This document shows positions 21,709 through 34,387 of a stretch of 45,142 nt of DNA, one piece after another (the first letter of the stretch is position 1; every line of letters begins with the position of its first letter). Position numbers and translations under genes: made by a program. Origin of the DNA: Ancylonema sp. (lineage: Eukaryota); assembly GCA_050230475.1 (NCBI GenBank), contig JBFLGF010000015.1, forward strand, positions 124,001-169,142. The letters run 5' to 3'. Below the pieces are notes generated by a model, which was given only the letters and a program-made list of their open reading frames with translations, was not told the DNA's origin and ran no database searches.

Positions 21709-22758
21709 TAATCATCTAATTTAGCGTGGGTGTTGTGATAGAAGCTATCCCAATGCGTAATGAGACGTAATGAGTGCGTAATGATACGGCGCAACAAACG
21801 GACTCTTATACGGACACACATGATTCGACCCTAGCTAGCATGAAAGAAACGTTGAATATTAGTTTGCACCCATAACTTTCATCACTTGCATCGAGGTTAT
21901 TTTGTATTTTTGGATTCTATATTTTTATCGATTTCATACATCGTTATGTAGTAAAACTTGTATAAAGGAATACTGTTGGGACCGGGAAAGAGTATTCCTT
22001 TAGACAGGTTATTCACTTTTACAGGTACGGTTTGTTCCTAACAATTCCGGTTTTGGGACCGGAATTTTGTATTCGTTTCGAGGTTCTTCCTTTAGACACT
22101 TTTCTTTAGACAGGTTATACTGCATGGAGAAACAACGTGATATACACAGTAGAAGGACTTTCACCAACAAATTTCAGAAATAATATGAGTGTCGTTATGC
22201 TTATATCGAGGACGATTCTGGGGAACGTTCTACAGAATTGTCCTTATATCGAGGCTGTGTATATAAAGAGGATTCTTATATCGAGGGAGCACTGTATGTG
22301 GTTAAAGAGCCCAGAGCCCTTTAACGAGGATTCGTTTGTAGGCCCATAAAGAGTGCCAGCTGGCGACCATCTTGTGCCAGCGTGTACTGCTCCTTCGTCC
22401 AGACAGCGTCGAACTTCTAGAATTCCTAGAACCTCCAGGCTCTAAATGCTCCATGCCATCAGATGCCATCTGCAGAGATTACACAATTTGCACTCCGGCC
22501 ACGGGAATTTGACCTGAGTATGTTTAGAGTTGAATTTCCCGCCAGGTGCATTGTCGGTTTGACTTGCCGGGCGGCGAATCAGCTGGTATAGTGCTGGTGC
22601 AACGGCCTCAGTAGAACATCCTTTACAATTCCTTTCTAGATAAAGCGAATGCCGTTTTTTGACGTTTGATCCAGAAGGATATAAGCTCGACACTTGGTGT
22701 AACCGCCATCGCTTATTGACGTCAACTTGAACCATACCGTTTCTGAGGTTTCTTCACG

Positions 22759-25190
22759 ATGGACTACTATTTTTGGGCAGCTGTCATTGGAGCACGCTCA
22801 TTTGCTTTGCCCATTGTCTTGATGTCACTTCCTTTCATCCTTGTCACGACAATTTTCTTATCTCCCTTCATCGTCGTCGCCTTGATGTGCCTAGGGATTG
22901 CGCACATGTTGATGAGCAGGGTGAGAAATTTGTCCATAAAACGCCATGTCCCGGAAGATGACCAGATCGACTATTTAACGTTGTGCTGAATGCGGAGCAG
23001 CCTCCTTAATTTTGTGATCAAGCCGCAGTAATTTCTGCACTTTCCAGTTGACTTTCTCTACGCTCGTTGATTGCAGCCCTCCTCCACTGAAGGACGTGTA
23101 AAGAAAACCACGAAAGGCAGTGCAAGTGCACCAGAACTTCCGAGCTCAGTCCCAGGTGAGACTTGACGGATGCTGCAAAAGGGGTGTTCGTGCCAAAGTC
23201 GATAACGCATCGGGAAGACTTCTTCCGACATTGCTTTCCCACAGCTGGTCGGCTGACGTGATTGTATTTTGGAGGATGGCAGATAATGTTGTTCCTGCGG
23301 TGAAACACAAGGATGTAAGTCTACACAGAGTATCATGGTCATACTAAAATCATGCTCTCTTGGATGCTCAGAATTGTGTACTTCCACTCCAAAGGGTTTT
23401 GGCAGGTAGACCGATGGACTTGGGCCTAACTTCTAGTAATTTCTGATTTACTGCAGCTGCAGTGTGACAAAGAGCTGGCCTTGCTGCTGCGAAAAGAAAC
23501 AAGCCCAGGCGTCGTTGCAGCATGTGTTACCACGGAAACGGCTGTTATATGCGAGGTGGACGAAAGCAAGCAGGAAGACGTGAGTGGACTCACGCTTTCC
23601 GTTGTGCCACACTTGGCCGCTACACAGCTGAACGGGGAGCAATCGACTTCAACGAGCAATTGTGGCGGCTATTATGTCCTTTCGGAAACATCAACGGAGG
23701 CTACTGACACTACCATCTTGATTCTGGTTGAAGACCTTGGTCCTCCAACAGTAGCTGAAGTCGATTTCGTAATGAAAGTCACTTACCCACCAGAGGTTGG
23801 GACCCACCATTGTCGGACAATCCCAGTTCTTGATTCGCTGTCTGGAAGCCGGGATTGTTGAACCAATCAGATGCACCAGTAGTGTGGTTCATTTTGGCAA
23901 GCGTCTGATGCTCTGGCAATTTCTGAAACTCGCGCCCTGATTTTATTCTTTTGCAGGAAGAAGAGCAGAAAAACCATCTACCGCGAGAAATCTTCAAAGA
24001 CTCAAAAAAGGAGTGCACAAGACAGGTCATTCAAATTCAGTAACCAACTCAGTGCACAGTTGCACTCTGGGAGTGATTGTATTTCCAGCAACAGAGTGGG
24101 GAGGATTTCCTGCTCCTGCATTGTCTGCGGCACCTTGTGTTCTGAAGGAGGTAGAGCGCAGCCGGGAAGAGACTTATTCTATTGTATTATCCTGTTGCAT
24201 GAGCCTCTGCTTGGACCATCCACTGACTCTACTGCTGTTACTGAGAAGGAATTGGTGCCAGCTGAACAATTGCTGCTGATTGCGACGTCGGCCTTATCTT
24301 TGGACCACAAATCTTTGGACCCGGAATAACAGGTAGCTGACAAGCATGGGGTTACAATTTTGACCAAACAATCTTTCGCGCTATGAGATTTTAACCAGAA
24401 CTAGGTGTCACAACAGGGACAACAAAGTGCAAACTAAAGTGTGACTGCCCCTTCACCGTGGCAGGAAGAACGGTGCCAGCCACTCGAAACAAAGCAGGCC
24501 TGGACGGATGTTGACATATTTTCGACAAGAAATGCAGTGTCGGCGTTTAAACTGCAGGAAGCTCTACGTAGCGTTGCAATATCTGAAGCTGTTCAACTGT
24601 CTACATCTGAAGTCAGCGGGATATCTGTAGCTGCAGCAGGTGCTGGGAGTGAAGGACTTCAACTTTGTGCTGAAAAACTGGTACGTTTATTGGCAATCAT
24701 CAATACTATTACATGCTGCACAAGGAGGTAACTCATTGATGCTGATCTCTGCAATCAGTGACTCTGAAGGATGTTGTGGCACCAGCGACATGGCTTTTTC
24801 TGTTTGTCTCTCTGTTGTTAGTACCTTTTTAAAACATCATAAATGTGGACATAGACTTGGAAGCCATTAGATGAGATTTCTGTGGCATATTCAAAGATCG
24901 ACTCGCGTAGTTTTTGTTGTGGAATGTCATAGCTTTGTTGAAATAGCCCAAGCCCGGACAGTCTGCATGCTATCTGTATGGTTAAATCAGCAACTCATAT
25001 TTCTGGAACTGAGAAATAAGCTCATGAGTGTTTGTCTGAGAGCCTCCTTGACAGATGACTGATACTTTTTGTTTGGCTTTTACAGGAAGCTCCGGCAAAG
25101 ACTTCAGGAGGCAATCCCAAGAAGAATAAGAAGAAGAAGAAGGGCAAGCGGATGCAATTTTTTTGGAGCAAACAACAATCATATGTCTAA
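22759..25190 (+). CDS. Unknown protein with an N-terminal oleosin-like hydrophobic hairpin and a poly-Lys C-terminus; probable paralogue of 12642-13638; middle part unresolved, possibly decaying
   Basis: Exons 22759-22920, 23077-23155, 23283-23314 and 23457/23463 onward (phases 0, 1, 0), a late exon ~24464-24680, and a last exon 25086-25190 (EAPAKTSGGNPKKNKKKKKGKRMQFFW...). No clean stop-free path could be found through 23800-24460. Confidence 0.6.
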
Positions 25191-25572
25191 TTGATTTAGT
25201 GTTTTTATTAGTCATGTCTGCAGGCCTTTCTTTTTCCTCAAATGGCATTCGCACCAAGCTCACGGTGTTCACATTAGAGAAGTAGAATGATGATTATCTT
25301 CGATTTATTGTGCTGATCAAGTTGTGAGGCAAAAGTTTCCCTGATTAAATCATGGATTAATCAGGTGTACATCAGTGTCAAACCATCTAGTACCCCATAT
25401 GAATAACCCACATCAACAACCAATTTTCTCCTACATTTCCCTGGATGCTTAAACAAAAACAACTCCAAGTGCAACATCATATCACGTTACTACATTTCGT
25501 CACCACGGCAAAAAATTAAATGCATTTCCAAATAATGTCGCTGCACCTACATCTCGAAGGCATGATCAGCCT

Positions 25573-26860
25573 CTAACTATAATCTACGTCAGAACCAGGA
25601 ATCAGTATCTCTCGTCCCGCAACTAACTTGTCTCCAAGCAAGACGTTTGATGCTCTGATCACTCCCACAGGCGCCTGCGCAGCAGGCAGAGAATGAAACG
25701 GCAGATTTAAACGTCTGAATACACATGAAATCCAACCAATACCATTTTGCTTGCACAACTTGTCCAAATCAACTTGTTCAAAAGCACAAATTGGAGGAGA
25801 AGAGATACAGCAACGACAAGGTGGCAAGATGCATACGTGGTTTACGAAATTGCACCAGCGTTTTCTACTTCGCATTACACAAAAATACATGACACTGCCA
25901 ATCTAACATTATGTTTCCTCAACAAGCTCCAGAGTGTATCCCCTTTTTCAATGAGAACACCTCATTGTAGTTTTTTTAACAACATCTGACGCCTTGTTGA
26001 AGGCCCGTTGCCCCTTCTTCCTCACATCCACTGTTGCATCGTCAATAAAGTCTGTCACGTCATCAAAAGAAGTATGCCATCTCGTATCCACTTCTCCAGC
26101 GATCCGAGCGCCTTTCATCTGAGTCCAAGTCAATATATAATATTCAAATCTCTATTCTTCGATTAAAGGCAGCGCCAACATGTGGATTATAAGACAATTT
26201 GCAAACGGTTTGGAAGAACAACAGGTTGAAAACTTGTAAGCAACGTGATGATTCTGAAAGAACAAGTGTGAGTCCCAAGGAAAACACGTGCATATAGTAA
26301 GGATATAACACTACATTAAAGTTTGATTACCTGCCAAGCACGTTCGACATGCCGGGCAAGGAAGTCGTGTGCAGTGATTTACATCACCTCCATGAACGGA
26401 AATATAAAGAAAATACACCATGGAGTCTGGGTACTTGCTATGGCGCGGCATATTTAGACTGGACCTTAGACTGGAGCTTTTGGAAGCACCGGTGTCAGGA
26501 CATCCTGCTACGAACAGGAAGCACAGAAATATGTAAACATGTGAAATATGAAATATGAAATCTGTAGTTATACCTTGAAGTCTCCAAGACTCCATTGTCT
26601 GGAACAAAATCGTCGCTATAACCAACCACTACCACGGCATTTACCTTGAAGTCTATATCCTCTGCAGATGCCGAGATGTCATCCTAAATATCCCCGCATT
26701 TCTGCTGAACTTTCTTACGTTTTACAAAGGCGACTCCTGCACCGATGGTCAGCAGTACTGCTCCAAACTTCAGAACAGACCCTCTGAAATTTGATGGCGC
26801 GCTTGAGGAGCCCTTTCCAGAACCTTCCGAGCTGGATGACACAGATTTCGCCTCTGGCAT
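25573..26860 (-). pseudogene. Membrane-anchored protein with a C-terminal LysM domain; lesions suggest a pseudogene or assembly errors
   Basis: ATG at 26860 and a TM segment FGAVLLTIGAGVAFV. The last two exons (26118-25908, 25674-25573) give KGDTLWSLLRKHN/APVGVIRASNVLLGDKLVAGREILIP, a LysM pattern. There is a frameshift at ~25940-25977 and an apparent AC in place of an AG acceptor near 26370. Confidence 0.7.
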
Positions 26861-27194
26861 TGTGGAGCCCAAAATAATAAATCTGAAGTAACCAGACTGG
26901 GGCTGATACAAATATGACTTAAAGCTTGCGCCCACACCTACGCACTCGACTCTAAAAATCTTCTGCCAATATTAATGTGCTCTGTACAATCTGAGGTGCA
27001 GTTGTAATGTCTGCTACAACTCCCTAGAAGGCTTCGCGGAGTAGATTCAGGAATAAATTTCTAGAATAATTCTAGGACACGGCAGCTCATTCAGTCAAAG
27101 ATTCCAGCTGCCACCTGTCACTTCCAAGACACACGGCGCGCGTTCTGCGGAAAACAGAACTCTAGTATAACCGGTCTGAATCAGACGTCACGTA

Positions 27195-27763
27195 CAGTGC
27201 AGTCTCGACATAGTGACAATTTTATAGACATGGGGATTTAATGTCACTATATCGAATGCTAGAGCTGTCACTATACACTGTATAGTGATACATTTGATAG
27301 GGCGACAATAGGTAAATGTCACTATATCGAGAGATAGTGAAATTCAGGACGATATTTTTAACGGAGGTGGCTCATAACGGACTTTAGACGGGCTTTTGTT
27401 TTAACATCCTCTCGCTAGAGTAAAACAAGTCTACATGACCAATGTTGGAACCATTAAAAAAAATGAAATTAGACTGGTTATTAATTTGCGCGTCACATTT
27501 TGGCTATAAACAATTCGGGCGGAATATTATACGTTAAAATAGACAGGTTATTAACTTTCACAGTATAAATTTAGACAGGTTTCACCGTATAGTGACATCG
27601 CAATACAAAAATCTGGGAATTTTTGGTCACTGTGACGTGTGTCACTAGAGCGATTGTCACTATATAGAGTAGGTTTTTATATAGGATTAGAAAAAGGGCA
27701 AAAAAATTGTCTCTATATCGCGATTGTCACTGTACAGTGTGTCACTATATCAAGACTGCACTG
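27195..27763. mobile_element. Intact pogo/Tigger-like MITE, 569 bp
   Basis: TA TSD on both sides. TIRs cagtgcagtctcgacatagtgaca and (reverse complement) cagtgcagtcttgatatagtgaca match at 22/24. Internal gtcactata repeats. Confidence 0.9.
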
Positions 27764-28682
27764 TATGATACATGTCTACATTTGTTGTTTCCCCGGACGT
27801 ATGGCGGGTAAAGGGATGCGGTTCCCCGTCTGAAATGAAGAAGCGGAATGCTTCCCCCGTGACGGGGGACGCCACCGGGCTGGGCCCAGCCGCACAGGTT
27901 TGTATACGGGGGACCCGGCGGACAACGGGGCACCCGCGGGAGGGATCGGCATCCAACGGGCGAAGAAACGGGACATGGGGGAAGAAACTGCGAACAACGG
28001 TGGGCACGGTGTAGAGCCGGCGGACAACGGGGGGCGTAAGGGGTGGAACCAGGATGTACTTGTTGCGTTATTGGGGTATACCTGAATATGCAACGAAATG
28101 GGTGTAATATTTGTCGCTATCTTCTACACATTGCACCATCTAAAAAATAAAAACGAGGTTCACTATTTCGGTAAGTTACTCAAGTATTATGGGTTTCAAG
28201 CATATTTGTTGTGTTGCTAAGATTGGTAATGCGTCATTGCGTCATCGAAAATATATTTTTTTGTGGCACAAGTAGCATTGTATCATTTTTATGAATGCGG
28301 GATCCATTTGTTGCGTACATTTGACTTTACGTACTTCCCAATCAAGGAAATTTATATCCTCCCCAATACAAAAATTAACTACTTACATAAATAGTTTTTA
28401 CATGACCAAGGTCGACTCGTAGCCTACTACTCTTCGCACTTTTTCTCTTCGCTCTTAAAAATCTCGTGTTTGTGAAATGTTATAAACGTGAGGTACAATC
28501 AAATTGTGTGCTATGTTGCATAAGTTGTTAAAACTTCATAAGATGCATTATGTGTCATTGTGAGTGTAAACGTGTTTGTTTGTGGCATAAGTTGCATTCG
28601 GTGTCATCATAGCAAATATTGCATGTGTCATTGTTGTGCCACTAATTATTAATAATATTATTATTATTATTAATTATTCTTG

Positions 28683-29155
28683 AACTAATTATTTTGTTCA
28701 TCCGCATGTATTGGTATCATGACGCACTTGTATAGCTCGTATATCATACCAAGGCAGCTTACTATAGGAAACACCTAATAAACACATTTGCTTATTCACT
28801 TTGCTTCATTCGCAAGTCCCTCGATACAACGACAAAAAATTCAGATTCTAGTAGTAATTGTCCTCATACAGTGTATAACGACACCTCGATATAAGGACAT
28901 TTTTTTGGGGTTTTTCTCTGGTCGTTATGTCGAGGGATATACACCTACGCCTACACTTTTAATATAGGCGCAAAGCTTAGGTGGTCCACGTATGTTTACG
29001 AGTTGATTAGTTCTTGAATATCCATATTCGTGAAATGAAATTTTCAATATTAAAATTTTGCCCGAACGTATGTAGCCGAATGGACGCGCCACGTATGGGT
29101 GGCAAAAGTATGGCATACGGCGTATGTTTTTTTTTGCCGTATGGGTGCAACTATG
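28683..29155. mobile_element. Composite relic: inverted pogo-like MITE part abutting a hAT right end
   Basis: 28683-28935 is the reverse complement of ~20375-20656. 28936-29155 is a direct copy of ~21225-21446 ending ggtgcaactatg. Confidence 0.8.
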
Positions 29156-29367
29156 TTAAATGTGGTGACCGAAAAAATACTACAAAAACCACCGACAAAA
29201 ACGTAAGTTTTTTCGGATCGTCGCGGGCTTTGGCTCACCAAGACGCATTAACACATCAACTTGTGAGCAATCATACATAGAATTTTGCGTTTTATTTTTT
29301 TGCCGAACTTCCTCGACGCGCTCGAGCCACGAACACGTGCACTGGCTAGTCAGCCGATACTTTTGAC

Positions 29368-29708
29368 CACAGTTGTGCACGCCCGTCAAAATCTCCGCCA
29401 GCCGGCGCCCGCGGGCCGTCCCGCCCGCGGACGGAACGCGTGCGCGTTATATTTTTTTAGGGTTCTGGTATTTTCCGTTTTTTTAAAATCCACATTGATC
29501 GGGGGGGGGGGGGGAAGTGCTAATATCAATTATATAGTCCCATCTACATGAAGCATTTTTTAAAAAATACCATAAAACGTCTAGAAGCTATGCCTTTTTT
29601 AACTTACTTTCTTGAAATCCCGAAATGCGCCCGGTAACTGGCGGCCGGGCGTCGGCCACGGGCGGAGGCGGGCGGAAAGATTCTCGCCCGCGGACGGGCA
29701 TATCTATG
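29368..29708. mobile_element. Small hAT-type MITE, 341 bp
   Basis: Ends CACAGTTGTGCACGCCCG and (reverse complement) CATAGATATGCCCGTCCG, with GCCCGCGG subterminal repeats. Flanks cttttgac and catgtgac match at 6/8. Confidence 0.6.
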
Positions 29709-32339
29709 CATGTGACCGAAGATATACCCTAACGCGGGCGGGACATCTCCCGAACTTCTCCTACCGCGTTTGGCCCGAACACGGGTGATGGCCGTCCGAG
29801 TGCTCACCATCTCGCGATTTAATAAATCCAGTTTCAAAACATCATAGATTGTGAATGGGACATGATTATTCACATTTTTTAAACTTATGTTATCTATAAC
29901 AGAATAGGGATTGTCGTCAACATCATTTTTTTTTTCACTTCGATGTTTGTGAAATTTCGAAAGCAGGAAATAGCAGGACCCCGTAAAATCTTTCTATACC
30001 CGCCCCTCGGGCGGGATTTGCCGAACGTATTTCGAATCCATTTGGGGCCGAACGCGAGTGCCGACCGGCAAAAATTTCGACGTTCGTGTACATCTATGAT
30101 TTCGACTCAATTTCGCAAACATTGCAAATCTAAACTAGTAATTTAATATCGACCTATTCCAACTTTGTTTTTTTTTTTTCCAGCCTACACAAAACAGGTA
30201 AAACCGATTTGATCATTTTTTCAAAATTTTCATGAATATTTGTCGAGAGGTTGAAAGAGTCTAGTAGGATGAAAATAGGTAGGCTTTCCGGACCGTTAAA
30301 ACAAATTAATATCCACTACCACCGCCATTGCCACATCAACGAACCGAAGTACCCCGTTTGGTATCAACTTCTTATCCCATATTTTTCCTCGTTTGCTCCC
30401 CACGCTACAAGTGTTCCTCTCACCGCAAGCTATGAGACTACGAGCTATTCGCATTTCGTGACATATGGTATGTGACAATATTCCCATTAATTTATTCAAA
30501 AATCGGTGATGTGCATATTTATCATTTTGCTAGTTCATAAACTTCAAGAGTAAATCAAATGAAGAACGAATATATATTTCACCCCAAAAAAACAAAAAAA
30601 AACGAATGGCAATCAAAACATAGCTTCGAACCGCGCACGACTAGCGAAAGAGAATAAAACCATATAGTTTATTTATTAGTGGCGAGTGCTTTAATTTCGG
30701 AGAAATCTATTCTTGGATATGTCATAGTTAATGGCGACGAAATGCACCCGAGTACAAGCAAGCCAACAACTTAACGGGTGAATTTACGGAGGAAGGTTTC
30801 CAAAGAGAGAGACTCAAACGATATCTTGCTTCCGTGCCGTTTGCAACGTGGTGACATTGAATAATACGAGTCAAAATACAATAATGAATGAAGTTTATTT
30901 TAAGACACGACACATCCGTGTCGACGGATGACGGTCCACATCCGTGTCTTGTTAGGGATAACGATACACACACTACATAGAGGGGAATTTGAAGCTCATT
31001 TATGGCACGTAACCACTTCGAAGATGCACGCAAAACCTTTCTTTCTTAACTCATCGGGCTCCAGTCATTACGGGCTCACGAGCTTGACGGAAGATCGAGT
31101 CTACGATGTTTACACACACTCAAGCGACCCACCATTATCATTTTGATAATCTCTTACTAAATTATTTCGAGTCATGCAATTATTGTTCACCCTTTTTTAA
31201 CGAACAAACTTTCACCCGACCGTTGAACGGGTCATTTTTATCTGTCATTTCGCAAACCTTCGGAAATACCGCGATTCACTACGTATGGCCATGACGGATC
31301 CGGAATTTCCGTTACCCCGGGAACGAGCGTAGCGTAATCGTACAGATACCTTATATGACCGTGCATATTTTAGCACAACAATTTTCGTTTATCGAGCGTA
31401 TGATATACAAATGTATGTACGGTGAAAGGACAAATGTACTTTTCCGTACATTTGAACGAAGTTTTTTTTTGTTTAAATGTAAGACATTAATTGTGTACTT
31501 TTGAGTAAAAACGTGCGATCCAAGAAACCACACGAGTCCGTACGTGTTTACTGGTTTCTACACGTGTGCTTGAAATCCCCGATCAATATCGATATTTCGC
31601 TAAAACTTCATGTGTGAATTGGCCGAACGTAAAGTGGTGCTTCCCAAATTACGATTTACGTGGTCTATGCATAATTAGCGTAATGTGGGTGGTAATTACG
31701 GAGGCGAATTCCCAGTTGTGGTAGTTTTACAACCCCAGTGCTCCCTAAGTACGGGAAAAAAAACCGGAAATTTTGTCCTCATACACTACAATATAACCTG
31801 TGTAAAGGAATATTGTCTTAAGGAATAAGCTCCCTAAATGAATACGAAATTCCGATCCCAAACCCGGATTTGTTAAGAACCGTCTCTGTCTAAATGAGTG
31901 ACCTGTATAAAGGAAAATTATTTCCCGGTCCCGACAGTATTCCATTAAACAGGTTTTATTGTATATTAAGGCACGTACTACTCTCAAACCCCGATTTAAG
32001 ATACCCAAACATTCCGGGTTTCTTTTTTATCATAGCGAATGCTTCTTGTATTGATCGCATAAGTTTGATATCGTGTAAGAAAGTCACAAAACATTTCATT
32101 GTAACGAAGATTTTCATATAACGAAGTATTTTATGTCGAGGTTTGAGTTTGCTGATTTTTATTTGAAATTTGTGTCATTGTATCGAGGGAATTCGTGAAT
32201 GAAGCAATGTGAATAACCAAGTTAGTTGTTTACATGTTGCCTAGAGTTAATTGCCTTGGCATCACGGTCCACTTCGTTATGCGTGTTGTGATACGAGCTA
32301 TACAAGTGCGTGATGACCAATACATGGCGACTTTCAAAA

Positions 32340-33743
32340 TGTATTCAAATTTATTTACGAGGAGAGTTGGGGAAGTGTTGACGTGCGGTTTGGAGTCGGT
32401 TGCTCATGGTGGGTTTATGTAGAACTCAAAGGTGTCGTCGATGTAGTCGATCGTTATTGGATAGTATTGAATGTATGAAGTGTTGTAGGTTCGGACTTCT
32501 GAAGTCGATGGTTCTTGGATGTCTTCGGCTTCAGCAACTGCTTCTGGATGTTCATGTAGTGAACGAGGTGACTCGGATGCTTTCACTAAGTTGGGTTGCA
32601 GATTGAGTCTCTGCTGAGAACTAGGTGTTACACTAGTTCTATCACACTTTCTCGTGCGTGAATGTGTGGAACACTTCTTGACGCCGAGGGCGAGTCGACA
32701 ATTACTATCAACAATAGAAAGTATGGAAAGGATTATTGATGGTAAACATAATATTCTGGAGTCGAATATTAGGGTCGACAGCCGAAAGGTAAACTTTCGA
32801 GTAGAAAGTTCGGCTGTCAAACGGTGCGTTGACAGATGGTAATTGATGGATGTGATGTGCTGGTTCAATTAGAACGCCAGCAAGTGGTTGCGCGTCGTTA
32901 TCGTATCTAGCTCAGTACGAGCGTCAGTGAATCGACGTAAATCGACAAAAGTAGTTATGGCTCAGTAAGAGCGTCAGCAACGTGGTATATGATTATGGCT
33001 GGCTCAGTAAGAGCGTCAACACAAAGATGTGATGGTACACAACAAGTTTACAGGCTGGCTTAGTGAGAGCGTCAACGAAACAACAGAAGTAATGACAAGA
33101 AGTTGCGAAGGTCACTTCGGTCAACTTACAAAATTCGTCGACGGTAGTCGCACGAGGAATCGTAGACAGGACACAAAGATGATGGCAAGAACTGGCGTCA
33201 GCCAGGAGTTGCAGAAGTGAGATAACACAATTGACAGGATTTATGAGAAACGATATTGAAAGTTTCTTGACGGCCCAATCTGAGAGCGGAAGCTGGCAGA
33301 TCTGTGCAATGCAAATGTCAAATCGTCAAACTAACTAGAGTTAATCGACATGGTTTAATCGACAGGCTGTACTCTAGCAAGTTCTATTTAATCTTGGCGC
33401 TACAAATATAGACGTCAAGTATTCTACGGCTGGATTTTATCGCCGAAATAATATCGACAAGTCAGGAATATCATCGTCGATAACAAAATTGCGCCAAGCG
33501 CTGAAAAGTCGACACGCAATCTATATTGTACGACTGCTGGATAATATACTCAGAAAATACGCCACGCGTTATTTTCGAGTTTACAAAAAGTTGTTGGATT
33601 TTGCAGAGAACTGATTCTAACTTCACACAAAATCATGAAATCGCCATTACGAATCTGGTTGCTTATAACAAGGTATTTTACTGGAGAGGTCTGGATATTG
33701 TTACAAAGGGGTTTGACCCTTAACGATCTCTAGCGTTATGACA
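32340..33743 (-). mobile_element. Possible solo LTR or retroelement non-coding segment
   Basis: The minus strand begins TGTCATAACG. It is non-coding and TCGAC-rich like the LTR at 1887, interrupts a MITE copy, and has four ggctcagtaagagcgtca-like repeats (32909-33075). No TSD was found. Confidence 0.35.
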
Positions 33744-34387
33744 GTGTTACGGGTCGTAGAAAACACCAAGTACTCCAAAAAAAAAAAGCATGAAGATGCA
33801 CAAATACAGCATAAACGAATAAGTTATAGAGAATTTAATTTGTGTCGTTCATGAGGATTCTTGATTTTTATCGATCTCCAAACATCGTTCCGTGTGACCT
33901 TCAGTACCAACTTTCTTAAATAATTTGTCCATATATAGAGTATCGTCATGCTCATATCGAGGGCGATTTTGTATTGATTTTTTCAAGGTTTTAAAAATCA
34001 GTCGTAATATGGAGGTTGGGCTAATTTAGAGTGTCCTTATAACGAGGAAGCGCAGAAAAAAGTCGGAAAAGTCAACGCAGGGAGTTATAGTCTGCGACGC
34101 GATTTTTCCGGTCAACCGGGAACAAGCTTCCCGGTCGTCGGGAAGCTTGCTCCCGCCATGACTCGCCGGACTGGAATTGAGACCACGGCTTCCGATATCT
34201 CGTCTGCCCCCATGAATGAGAGATGATTCTTGCCAGTTTCATCATGCTGGCGTGTACAGAAGCTTTCGGAGCATCGATTTAAGCATCTCGCATAATAGTC
34301 GTTGAAAACAGTGATATTAAAGTTTGAACATACATATAAGTTATCTTGGGGTCAGTGACGAGAATTTAGCATCGCGACCCTTCAGCA

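Noticed and set aside
25735..25780. VDLDKLCKQNGI as an extra LysM segment
   Set aside because: It lies inside the intron 25907-25675, and the LysM is already complete without it.
30615..30660. tRNA or SINE suggested by GGTTCGAA on the minus strand
   Set aside because: No cloverleaf stems or A box could be built.
30730..31040. Degenerate transposase-like frame
   Set aside because: Many stops and no diagnostic motif that could be assigned with confidence.
32905..33080. CRISPR array
   Set aside because: Only four degenerate 18-bp repeats, no cas genes, and a eukaryotic context.
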